Made by a program: the position numbers and the translations under genes. A stretch of DNA of 63,684 bases, filler included, from Octopus bimaculoides (Eukaryota): NCBI RefSeq assembly GCF_001194135.2. It is 6 parts of 6 records of this genome, joined end to end, with 100 filler letters (N's around TTAATTAATTAA, not from the genome) between each part and the next. Parts side by side here need not be neighbours in the genome. Positions count along the whole stretch, not along the records: positions 51,415 to 57,271 come from NC_068987.1; positions 57,372 to 61,866 come from NC_068983.1; positions 61,967 to 63,684 come from NW_026368854.1; 3 more parts are not named here. The stretch is one strand, 5' to 3'. The notes beneath the pieces were generated by a model that was given only the letters and a program-made list of their open reading frames with translations, ran no database searches and was not told where the DNA came from. This document shows, piece by piece, positions 52,248 to 63,684 of the stretch. Within the stretch, counting starts at the first letter, position 1. Every line of letters starts with the position of its first letter.

Positions 52248-53412
52248 AAGGTGGTAAGCTGGCAGAATCATTAGCACGCTCTGCAAAATATTTAGCAGTA
52301 GTTTGTCCATTGCTACATTCTGAGTTCAAATTCAGCCAAGGTCGACTTTGCCTTTCATCCTTTCAGGGTTGATGAAATAAGTATCAGTTATGCACTGGGG
52401 TCAATGTAATGTACTTATCTCCTCCCACCAAATGTGCCTATAGTAGAAAGGATTATTATTATTAGTAAGTCTAAGGCAGCAAGCTGGCAGAATCATTAGC
52501 CTGCTGGACAAAATGCTTAGCAGTAATTTCCCATTGCTACATCCTGGGATCAAATTTCGCTGAACTCAACTTTGCCTTTCATCTTTTTGGAGTCAATAAA
52601 TTAAGTACCAGTCAAGCACTGGGATTGATTGTCCCACTCCCCACAAAAATTCAGGTTTTCTGCCTATAGCAGAAAAGATTATTATTATTATTATTATTAA
52701 ATCTGCAAGCTGGCAGAATCGTTAGTATGCCAGGTGAAATACTAAGTGGCAATCCATCTTAACATTCTCAGTTCAAAATTCCGCTGAGGTCAACTTTGCA
52801 GTTCATCCTTCCAGAGCCGATAAAATACATACTAGTTGAATACCCCGAAATTGCTGACCTTGTGCCAAAATTTGAAATAAGGTGGGGAGCCAGTAGAATC
52901 ATTAGCACGCCAGGCAAAATGCTTAGCAGCATTTCGTCTGTCTTTACATTCTGAGTTCAAATTCTGCTGAAGTTGACTTTGCCTTTCATCCTTTTGGGGT
53001 CGATGTAATTGATTAGCCCCCACTCCCCTGAAATTTCAGGCCTTCTGTCTTTAGTAGAAAGGATTATTATAATTATTTAAAGTTGCATGCTGGCAGAATT
53101 GTTACTATGCCAGATAAAATGCCTGGTGGCATTTCTTCCAGATTTGAGTTCTGAGTTCAAATTCTGCTAAAGTCAACTTTGCATTTCATCTTTTTGGGGT
53201 CGATAAAATAATGCCAATAAACATGCTGGGGGTCCATGTAATTAACTTACCCCATTCCCCAAACCTGCTAGTCTTGTGCCAAAATTTGAAACTTTTATTA
53301 TTATTATTTAAGGTGGTAAGTTAGCAGAATTGTTAGCATGCAGGGTAGAATACTAAACAGCATTTCATCTGTCTTTATGTTCAAATCCTGCTGAGGTTGA
53401 CTTTGCCTTTTC
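52248..53412 (+). mobile_element. Six head-to-tail tRNA-derived SINE copies (Meta-domain-like core)
   Basis: Starts at 52248, 52473, 52699, 52879, 53079, 53310; each has agctggcagaatc.ttagc...gagttcaaatt...gactttgcctttcatcc, most end in (att)n. Confidence 0.9.
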
Positions 53413-54299
53413 TAGTAAATCATAAATACAGGAAAACTTTTAATAAGCAAAGTGCACAATTTATATCTACTTTTGAGGTATGAAACCCAACAGATTTCCT
53501 TAGCTTACTTTATCATCACATCCTAAAAGTTTTTAATATAATCCATGCATCTTTAAAACAAATATAAAAACATCTACAATCTTATGCTTGTAACCCCTTC
53601 TGCTCTGTCAAGCATTCCCCACATTCTATTTCTCTAACACTCATCCCTCCATAATTCCTCTATCTATGGCACTTCTTGGCAGCTGTAATCACTTGAGGGC
53701 ATTATCAACACATATTACTACTATCCCTTTCTACTTCCAGTTATCTCACCCACCCCTCCCTGAATTACTTCAATTCCTTCTCCCCATTATCCTCCCTTTC
53801 TCATCCACACCATTTTCATCAATCACCTCCTTTTTGTGCCTTCAGTTATCTCCCTCCTTTGCCATCCTCCATTTTAACACCCCACATATCTACTATTTTT
53901 CTCACCACCCCTCTCATATCTGCCATCATGTCCCACTCACTATAGCCACCCTTATGTACTCTAGATCTCCCTCCGCACCACTTCCACACCTCACACATCA
54001 CCCCCATTCCTTCTGAACCATTCTTCCTGAGCCACTCACATCTCTCTATACTGATATTTGGCTTCAACTGCACCAATACCCTTGTTCATTACTACACAAA
54101 ATCTGCTAGATGTAGCAACGAAATCACACGCAATTTGCCTCTGCTACAATACACTTGAATATAAAGTAGTCCGTGTTACATTACAAAAAGATGGAATGCC
54201 ATTGATCATAGGCCTATTCGACCAGGGCTTATTTACCTAGGGTTATAAAAAAAAAAAACTATCTCGCCCAAAGCTCAAGTATTTCTGCTACTGCGAAAT

Positions 54300-54939
54300 A
54301 CTCAGGTGGCTAGATCGATACCATCCTTGTAGCTAATGTTGGTGGTCTACTCAGCATGGACGACCTTCGTATCTCCATTGCCCTCAGAGTGGGAGCTGAC
54401 GAATGCATGGATTTGATCTGTCGTTGTGGCAGGCTCCTCGACTCCACAGGTCTCCATGGTATTTCTTGCCGCCTGAATGATGGTCACTTCGCGCATCATA
54501 CAGAGTTGAACCTGATACCCAAGAGGAGCTGGCCCGAGGCAAACATCCCCTCCATCTTGGATTGCCCAAATGTGATGGGAAAAGACCTGACGGTTTCACC
54601 CTGTGCCCCTGGTGGTGAGGCAGATGTCTTGTCTTGGCTGTCACGGCGACTCCTTTGCTTCTTCTCACATCCTGGACACTTTGGTCAGGGCGAAAAACAC
54701 AGCTTCTGCGTCGAAGCGGAACAAAATCCTGAAATCCCGCGATCTGTCCAGTCAACTATATTTTCCATCCTATGGCGTTTGAGACGTTTGGTGGGGTCAG
54801 ACCACTAACTGCGAGATTCCTGTCTTCACTGGCAACTCGCCTAGCAGAGGTAACTAGTGATGCTCGTGAGGGCACTTAGCTGTTCAAGCACATCAGCCTC
54901 GCCATCACCCGCGGCAACGCTGCAAGCGTGCTTCAATAG
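54300..54939 (+). mobile_element. CRE-like RLE non-LTR retrotransposon 3' fragment (zinc knuckle plus restriction-like endonuclease), frameshifted
   Basis: LRISIALRVG...ICRCG...GLHGISC...HHTELN, DGKRPDGFTLCPWW, AFETFGGV, ISLAITRGNAASVLQ*. Confidence 0.8.
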
Positions 54940-55643
54940 CCATTAGAGAAGTTACCCAGCAACCCCAACTTTTCTACCTAAGGTGGTGAATTGTTTTGTT
55001 TTTTTCTCTTTTTAATTTTTTCAATTGTGTTCTCTATTTTGTCCAATTTTCGAATTTAATTTTGTAAAACTATTGGGCATTATCNNNNNNNNNNNNNNNN
55101 NNNNNNNNNNNNNNNNNNNNNNNNNNNNNNNNNNNNNNNNNNNNNNNNNNNNNNNNNNNNNNNNNNNNNNNNNNNNNNNNNNNNNNNNNNNNNNNNNNNN
55201 NNNNNNNNNNNNNNNNNNNNNNNNNNNNNNNNNNNNNNNNNNNNNNNNNNNNNNNNNNNNNNNNNNNNNNNNNNNNNNNNNNNNNNNNNNNNNNNNNNNN
55301 NNNNNNNNNNNNNNNNNNNNNNNNNNNNNNNNNNNNNNNNNNNNNNNNNNNNNNNNNNNNNNNNNNNNNNNNNNNNNNNNNNNNNNNNNNNNNNNNNNNN
55401 NNNNNNNNNNNNNNNNNNNNNNNNNNNNNNNNNNNNNNNNNNNNNNNNNNNNNNNNNNNNNNNNNNNNNNNNNNNNNNNNNNNNNNNNNNNNNNNNNNNN
55501 NNNNNNNNNNNNNNNNNNNNNNNNNNNNNNNNNNNNNNNNNNNNNNNNNNNNNNNNNNNNNNNNNNNNNNNNNNNNNNNNNNNNNNNNNNNNNNNNNNNN
55601 NNNNNNNNNNNNNNNNNNNNAAAAGAAAACGAAAAAGAAATTT

Positions 55644-56171
55644 ATGCTCCCATCACGCGATAACTATGAAAACTTTAGAGTGGAAGAGTCGGGTTTCGAA
55701 ATACGTAAAATTAATACCACCTTCCCCTCTTACGAACTCATCATAGAGATGGCCTTCGAGCTTATTAAGATACCTTCGCATATTATATTTTTTATAACAC
55801 TGCTTCACTGTAGGTACTTCACCGAATGGAACCCGAGATTTTTTCTAGTTGCAACTGATGTAGAAGATATTCGTAGACGTTTGGAATTCCTACCGGAAAG
55901 TGTGGACCATATCTTTTTGGCTAAGTGTCGAGGTTTGGACGTGTGTGGGACTGCCGAGCAATGTAAAGTTGACATTTTTGAGAGAGTTTTCGAACTGCTC
56001 TGCTATTGGAAAGAATATTCTTACGTCGATAATCTGAATTACGAAGTGCTCTGTCTTGCATTTAATGAAATTGGTTTGGCTTCATATGCGCAAAAAATAC
56101 GAGATTATTATTTCGAGTGGAAAAACTTACCATCAAAAACGATGGAAGTGTTGGTAGAGAGAATGTCCTAA
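55644..56171 (+). CDS. Intronless 175-aa ORF with a death-domain-like C-terminal half
   Basis: Uninterrupted non-repetitive ORF, also open upstream to the gap at 55620. The segment VDHI...FERVFELLCYWKE...NYEVLCLAFNEIGLASYAQKI resembles the death-domain pattern (ML..W......T.E.L..AL..IG....A..I) by eye. Confidence 0.5.
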   Translation: MLPSRDNYENFRVEESGFEIRKINTTFPSYELIIEMAFELIKIPSHIIFFITLLHCRYFTEWNPRFFLVATDVEDIRRRLEFLPESVDHIFLAKCRGLDVCGTAEQCKVDIFERVFELLCYWKEYSYVDNLNYEVLCLAFNEIGLASYAQKIRDYYFEWKNLPSKTMEVLVERMS

Positions 56172-56579
56172 AAAAAAGTAAAACATATGGGAGTTTTTTC
56201 GGCACTGTCATGCTATTAGCTGTCAGAACTGACAGTGCTCACTGCTAGTGAAGTATCTGTCTGTCTGCCTGCATGCCTGTTGCTGGCCTGTCGATTCTTT
56301 GGCTACTGACAGCTAATACCATGACTGGTACTTTATGTATATGTTATATATATTTATTTATATAAGGGCATTACTATACAAGAATGCCTCACGCTATGAG
56401 GTACTCTAAGGTCAGACTACCATAATAAACACATTTTTATGGTAGTCTGACCTGCCCTTATATAAATAAATATATTTTGGGGAATAAATGATGGATTTTT
56501 TTTCCTTGTGAGGTTTTTTTCACGCTAGCTACTTGATAAATTCTTGTAAAAGAATTCATCCTATATTATATATATACAC

Positions 56580-56791
56580 ACGGGGTGGCCCCAAAATAGG
56601 TTTACAGTTATTCAACTATCTCTTTCACATTCTTATATTAACAGTTTAGATCTTAATTATAAACAAGTATTAAACCATTATTCTATGATAATTTAGTTCA
56701 TTGTAGATAGAAAATTAAATGTAATAAAATGTTTTTAAAAGAAATTTAAAGTGCTTACGTGATAACAGTAAACCTACTTTTGGGCCACCGT
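56580..56791. mobile_element. Mariner-type MITE
   Basis: Left acggggtggccccaaaataggtttacagttat versus reverse complement of right acggtggcccaaaagtaggtttactgttat; TA-rich flanks. Confidence 0.75.
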
Positions 56792-57371
56792 ATATATATA
56801 ATACGTACATATAATATGCACACACACTTTTAAATACACATGCATGAAAAATATTCCTGTGTCGTATATTTTGTTGTTAATTGAACTTTTTTTTTTAATC
56901 CGGCTGTTTTTCCACTTCATAAGAAAGTTCGACAAAGTTAGAGAGGATTGGCGATCTCAGTGGCCGTCTTTCTTCCTAATTTGCTGCAAAACGCATGTTT
57001 AAGGAAGTGTTGCTGGAATACAATTTCTGTTGATAAACGATTACGTTCATAACATTATGGTAAAAAAGAAAAAAAAAATATTTTAAAAGTTGCAAATAAC
57101 TTTTTTCCGCCAACCTCCGACTTTTTTTTCAGTAAATTTATATCCTTTTGATGTTTGAAACTCGGAAATTTGTTTTTTGTTTTTTTTTGTGGGAGGTGTA
57201 AAAATTGCGGTCAAACGAAAAGGGTTTGTTTGACCCGGTGGGAAAAAAAAAATTCTAATAGGTGTAAAACANNNNNNNNNNNNNNNNNNNNNNNNNNNNN
57301 NNNNNNNNNNNNNNNTTAATTAATTAANNNNNNNNNNNNNNNNNNNNNNNNNNNNNNNNNNNNNNNNNNNN

Positions 57372-57420
<49 letters not shown>

Positions 57421-57587
57421 AAACTTACTTGCAAAGATGATGCGTGCGTTACCCAGATATACATTTGTATATACATGTAGATGTAGGTATGTACATACAT
57501 GTACGCATATATGCATATACTCACATATTATCTATCTATCTCTCTCTCTCTCTCTATANNNNNNNNNNCTCACATATTATCTATCTA

Positions 57588-57628
<41 letters not shown>

Positions 57629-58443
57629 GCACGAATATGTGAATGTATGTGTGTTTAGCGAGTGTGTATATGTGCCTGTATTTGTGTATGTGTATAAACA
57701 ATCACAGACGAATGTTTCTGAAAGCAAACGCAGAGAGAATGCTATCATACATATTGAATGCTGTTAACATATATAAATATTGTTATTCAATGTAGAAGAC
57801 GAGCCAATGTGTCAAAATGAGGCTTTATAATTTAATTTATGATAATGCAGCACACAATTTTAATAGTTTCAATATTGCCGATTTTCCAAGTCCTATACGA
57901 ATATTTGCCATTAAAGTCATTCTAAGTTCATAGGATACGAATATAAACTAACCTGGTAAAAATTGGAAAAGGTATTTTATTACTCTCTATGCATATAGAG
58001 CACTACCTGTATCTATCAGCATAAGATTAGATGAATCTTAAATATATATCTTATATTCGTCTTCTTTTGTTAGATCTATAAGCCGAAAATATAATTGTAA
58101 ATTAATTACTGCATGTCTCTCTATCTCTCTCTTTATATATTTATCTACCTATCTTTCAATCAACGGGTATATTTGTCTATGTGCCTGTCAATATGTTTCC
58201 CTGTTCCTTTTGTCCGTATGTCTTTGAAAATGAAAGCTATAAATGATAGGGCCTATATATTAGATAGAAAAAAAAAAACGTGGGACGGTAACTGTGGGAC
58301 ATAAACCCATACCCCATGTGATGGTAAAAGTTTTTAATTTTCATTTCGTTCCTTTCGAGATTTTATCCCTAATTTCGTGGTTCTAGAACATAGGTGTTAT
58401 TTCTGGTGTAATGGATCCCATGAGTGGATTCCTCTTATGTATG

Positions 58444-58494
<51 letters not shown>

Positions 58495-59037
58495 TAGAAA
58501 AAATAAGGTACTCAGAGATTTGGATGTTTCACAGATTTATGATTTATAAAAACATGTGACATATTAATAAAAATCTGTAAATGTACAACCATCNNNNNNN
58601 NNNNNNNNNNNNNNNNNNNNNNNNNNNNNNNNNNNNNNNNNNNNNNNNNNNNNNNNNNNNNNNNNNNNNNNNNNNNNNNNNNNNNNNNNNNNNNNNNNNN
58701 NNNNNNNNNNNNNNNNNNNNNNNNNNNNNNNNNNNNNNNNNNNNNNNNNNNNNNNNNNNNNNNNNNNNNNNNNNNNNNNNNNNNNNNNNNNNNNNNNNNN
58801 NNNNNNNNNNNNNNNNNNNNNNNNNNNNNNNNNNNNNNNNNNNNNNNNNNNNNNNNNNNNNNNNNNNNNNNNNNNNNNNNNNNNNNNNNNNNNNNNNNNN
58901 NNNNNNNNNNNNNNNNNNNNNNNNNNNNNNNNNNNNNNNNNNNNNNNNNNNNNNNNNNNNNNNNNNNNNNNNNNNNNNNNNNNNNNNNNNNNNNNNNNNN
59001 NNNNNNNTATATATATATATATATATATATTAATATT

Positions 59038-59158
59038 AATATTTAGCAGGAGCAGGGGTCGAGAGTTCCGTGCATTCGCCCTTATAAAATTAGTTTGATA
59101 GTTGCCAACGTACAAAACTTTCGGCCTCTGCGTCACTCTGGTGCTTCTGCTAAATATT
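59038..59158. mobile_element. Small MITE-like inverted repeat
   Basis: aatatttagcaggagca / tgcttctgctaaatatt (16/17) with weaker inner complementarity. Confidence 0.45.
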
Positions 59159-61967
59159 TATAAGAATATACATATACTCATATTTTGAGTTCTATTTTTC
59201 CGTTTGCATCACCATGCCTGTACGTATATATGCGTGTGTGTGTGTGTGTGCATGCGCATGTGTGTGCGCGTGCGTGTGCATGCGTTTGCGCGTGTATGTT
59301 TCTGTGTTTATGCCACTCTATATAGAAATATGAAATATATGGTAATCTGCTGTAATATGACTACAGAGAAAACATTTATTTTTATGAGTTGCTCTTTATG
59401 CATTAATACGCATTCAGATTCTATTTGTTCGATCTGGATGAATTAGAAGTGCCTAAAAACGTCTCACAATCTATATAAATTTAGCACTACACAGTGGTAA
59501 ATCTAATGAGTTTACTTCTGATCACATACAAGTGCACAACTGCAGTTACAAGAGAAACAAATTGAAGAAAAACCGTCTGGGTGGAAATGTACGATACCGA
59601 CCTGCTTTCAGGAACGGATTTTAGTGATAGCGAAGTGGAATGTTAAACGGAATATGAAAGAGAATTGAGAAGTGTATAGGAAGAAATGTTGTCGCAGTGA
59701 CATCAGCCAATAATCCCCGAAAGACTAATGACCATCGTATTGTTTGAAATAGAAGGCTACAATTTAATATACATCAATCCAACTCTCATGGACATAGTTT
59801 CTAATCCAACTTCAATACCCTTCATTAGTTGGAATTTTTTAGTTGACAATATCACTCATGAATCATTTGTCCATTCTTTCGCTACCAATATGAAATCCCA
59901 TTTTGCCTTTAAGATATAACGTTTGTCATATTGTGAACACATCTCTTCAACACAAGACCTGTTAATGTTCAGGCTTGACATTTGCAGTGAAATTTAGGCT
60001 TGTAGGCGTCTTCTTACATATGTTCACCTGAAGAAAAGGTTTTTTTTTGTTGCATGATGTAATACCTCTCTTCATCAATAAAAAACATGTCTGAACCAGA
60101 TGTAGTCTGAACCACAATCCATCTGTTGTTATTTGTTTATGTATGTGTATATATACATTGCAGCCTCTTATTGAAAGAATGAAGGGCGGTAATCACCTGT
60201 GTGTTAGTGTTTCCGGAGGTAATGACGATTATGTCGTTGATGTATAACAGAGGGAGGGTTGGAGAGGACATTGAACCCCAGAGTCCACCAAATTAGGGTG
60301 AGCTCGATACAGACAAAGCTCCATCTTAGTGCACAAAGCGATGATGAGAATTATCAACAATCTGCCCTGTAAGCTTTCTAGGGAAGCGTAAATTTATGGT
60401 TGAAGAAAAAAAATAAATATATAATCTTCACTTAAACTTAACTAAAACTCTTGTTTATGGAGAAGCACTTAGATTTTAGATACGGTTAAGCTTTGCCAAT
60501 ATAAAGGCCGAAATATTCAATTTACTTCCTCTCACGAAATATAATTTATTGGATTAACTACGTCACCCATTATCGTTGATAGCATTTTAATTTTCTGAAA
60601 CCATGCTTATCGAGAATTCAATAGGCTTATTAGCTTTCATAAGTAACTCGTAGATAATAGTTATTTACTAACTATTGGGTTATGAAAGACGTTTCTTCTA
60701 AAACTTCTTATGTAATACGGAACAGATAGCATGTTATATACAGGTTATTGTGTGTTTGGCATAGTTTTGAAGTATATGGGAGAGTGACAACATTTCGGTG
60801 CAAACACTAAGTAGATATTCCACATTTATTAGTGACAGAAAATAGTATCCGCATCGATGGAATGATTATGTGTGGTTCCTGCTTAATCAAAGAAGAAATT
60901 GAGGCGTTATAAGAATTTTAATGGGCTTCTAATTAAAGTTAGGGAGACGAAAGGAAGAACTTCACCCGAGAGCCAAAAACCATGACTCTGTTACATTCAA
61001 CAAAAGGTAAATGGATGGAGGTAAACGACGTGGTGAATGAAGTCTACCATTCATTAAAAGAGGCCATAGGAATACAAGAGGCAAAAGCAGTGTACAACAA
61101 AGTTGGGAAAGATACAGGTATTCCCTGTTGCATCACTTATGCTCAAAACCAGGAAAGAACCAATGATATAAAAGGTTCTAGGTGTATTCGGCTACAACAA
61201 TTCATCTACGACAATTTATCTGTGTGTGGTTATCTGTGTGTGGTGTGTGTACGTGTGTGGTTGTAGATCACTTGCATCCGTAGATGAATTTTTGTAGACA
61301 AATTCGCCGGATAACGACAAATAAATGTGCGATTTTGCTTGTATTTGCATCTAGAGGGCCGGTGAAGGAAATACCACATATAAGCCGATGTATACACTGA
61401 TTTACAAGATAATTGTTAGTATTTGACTATATGCACGTTAATATGTTAGATCATGGGATAGTGCTGGAAATTATATAACTTACTGTAGTTATGGTATTTA
61501 CATCCTACATCATCAAAATTTAAGCACAAACTTCTCAACATACAATATATATATATAGTCTTGTTCATGAACACATCAAACTACCCGTTGCGAGAATCAA
61601 AGCCACAAGATCAACACGGTTAGCATTATTCATTATTCATATACTTCTGGCTAAAAATAAAACTCATACAAAATAAAATAGTCTCAGCTGCATTTTGACA
61701 GAAAAATGATGGAACGATAACGGCTTGGATACTGTTAGTCATACGTCAATCTGATCTGACTAGGACTAGACAACTAAATCAACAATAGATTACATATATA
61801 TATATATCTGTCTGACTGTCTGTCTGTCTGTCTGTACGCCTGTCTCTCTCTCTCTCTGCATATATANNNNNNNNNNNNNNNNNNNNNNNNNNNNNNNNNN
61901 NNNNNNNNNNTTAATTAATTAANNNNNNNNNNNNNNNNNNNNNNNNNNNNNNNNNNNNNNNNNNNNT

Positions 61968-62830
61968 ACAATCACAAGAGTTCAAACTACCCCCGCCCCG
62001 CTGTAATTAGAAACCGAGCTCCTGGTAATTGTAAACGACTCTCGGCCAATAAAGAGATCTTTAATAGGGCCGCCCCTCACTACAATGATGCTTTGGCTAG
62101 GAGCAGGTTTACTGAGAAGCTCACGTATGTGGACAATCCTCAAACACCCCCTCTCACCCCAAATGGATTAGGAGAAGCAAAACTATATGGTATAACCCCC
62201 GTTTCAACCTAGAAGTTTCCACGAACGGAGCTAGGGGCTTCCTGTCGCTAATCAAGAAACACTTCCCCAGTGGCCATAAGTATTACAAACTCTTCAACCC
62301 CCATAATGTCAAGGTGAGCTAGACAACATCACATCTAATATCGCAGCATGAACAGATATAACAATGCACCCACACAAACCCAACCCAAGCCTGCGACTTC
62401 GAAACTCCATGTTCCCTCTAGAAGAATCTTGCTTCTCAAAAGCCGTAGTATACAGAGCCACCCTTACACCATCCGATGCACTATACGGGTATGACAGCTA
62501 TGCACTATGCACTATACGGGTATGACAGCTAATGACTTCAAGGGAAGATACTCCCAGCATATGCACTCGTTCAGATCCAGGGACAGAGAGAACTCTACTT
62601 CCCTGTCTCGATTTCTCTGGAGACTCCGTAATCTCGAGATGAAATATCCAGCATCAAGTGGACTATTGTCGACAGAGCTCCACCATATTCACCCGGCGCC
62701 CTTAACTGCCAGCTCTGCTTCTGCAAAAAACTGCATATCCTCCAACAACCCGTAGTATCTATCAACAAAAAATACTATTTAGCGTATTGATGTCACCAAA
62801 AGTAAGCCCTTCTAGTAAATTTCAGACTCC
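61968..62830 (+). mobile_element. Penelope-like element fragment (RT C-terminus plus GIY-YIG endonuclease), frameshifted
   Basis: Reconstructed peptides NKEIFNRAAPHYNDAL, TIWYNPRFNLEVSTN...FLSLIKKHFPSGHKYYKLFNPHNVKVS, KAVVYRATL, YGMTANDFKGRYSQHMHSFR, IKWTIVDRAPPY are typical of the Penelope ORF C-terminus. Confidence 0.85.
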
Positions 62831-62908
62831 TGACTGCCGACAATCCGGATATACCACCTTAGCGCCAGTTGCTACTCTGCACCGCCTGCACTAGGGTCAC
62901 CGCTAGCA

Positions 62909-63027
62909 ACCAACGAACCGACCGACCAACCAACCAACCAACCAACCAACCAACCAACCAACCAACCAACTAACCAACCAACCAACCAACCAACCAACCA
63001 ACCAACCAGCCAACCAACCAGCCAAGC
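62909..63027. repeat. (CCAA)n microsatellite
   Basis: Direct reading. Confidence 0.95.
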
Positions 63028-63684
63028 CCATCAGTAGGACAGCCAAATACCAATCGCCAACGTTTTCCAAACCCTAATGCATACCAATCCCCATCGGTTA
63101 CTAATTCCCAACGTTTATCAATCCCCGACGCTTATTTTACGCGTGTATACTCACGGATGGGCGCGCGCGAATGCACATCTGCACGCCCATGCGTTTGTGT
63201 GCGCACACTGGTATGCATGCGTACATGCATGTGAATATACATATGTACATATAAATGAATACGCATGTGTATGTGTATAAGTGTATATGTGTACATGTGC
63301 ACGTATGCGCGTGTGTGTCTGCGCACGTGTGCATGTTCGTCCAAGTGTATGTGTTTGTGCGTATGTGTGTGTGTGTGTGCGCGTGTGTGCAGACGTGCGC
63401 GTGCGCGCCCATGTACAGATGCGCACGCTTGCATCAATACAAACATGCACGCAAAACCATATGAGTGCGTTTACACACCCGCATATAGAACTATGCACTT
63501 TCATATGCCGTCCCCTCCTACTTCTTCCCCCGAGAACCTGATCGACTTTCTAATCGTCACGTGCTCTATATATATAACAAGCTTCATTCAGTTTCTTTCA
63601 ACCAAATCTACGTACAAGGCTTTGGTCGACCCAAGGTTATAGAAGACGATTGGCCAAGGTGCACGCAGTAGGTCTGAGGCGAAG

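Noticed and set aside
59700-60030. Possible eroded RT remnant on the minus strand (..MRVGL..)
   Set aside because: No intact diagnostic motif and several stops; cannot be supported by eye
60982-61266. 94-aa plus-strand ORF
   Set aside because: No recognisable domain or splice context; runs into a (GT)n-like tract

Overview
AT-rich, microsatellite-saturated animal genomic DNA with many assembly gaps. The SINE repertoire and gap style suggest an Octopus draft assembly (inference). One real host gene is supported: a protein xylosyltransferase (XYLT/oxt, GT14 Branch domain plus Xylo_C) on the minus strand. Eight GT-AG exons between 31575 and 41122 splice in frame to about 652 C-terminal residues; its 5' exons were not found. 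The rest is transposon debris: tRNA-derived SINEs (including a six-copy head-to-tail stack), CR1-, RTE- and RLE-type LINE fragments, a Penelope GIY-YIG fragment, Tc1 and mariner remnants and several MITEs. The most interesting signals are (i) five minimal type I hammerhead-ribozyme motifs in two Penelope-like tail families, one with an unusual CUGUUGA core and a covarying stem I, and two of them in the sense orientation of the XYLT pre-mRNA; and (ii) an intact, intronless, death-domain-like ORF (55644-56171) followed by two nested palindromic structures. All coordinates and alignments were read by eye; no database searches were run.
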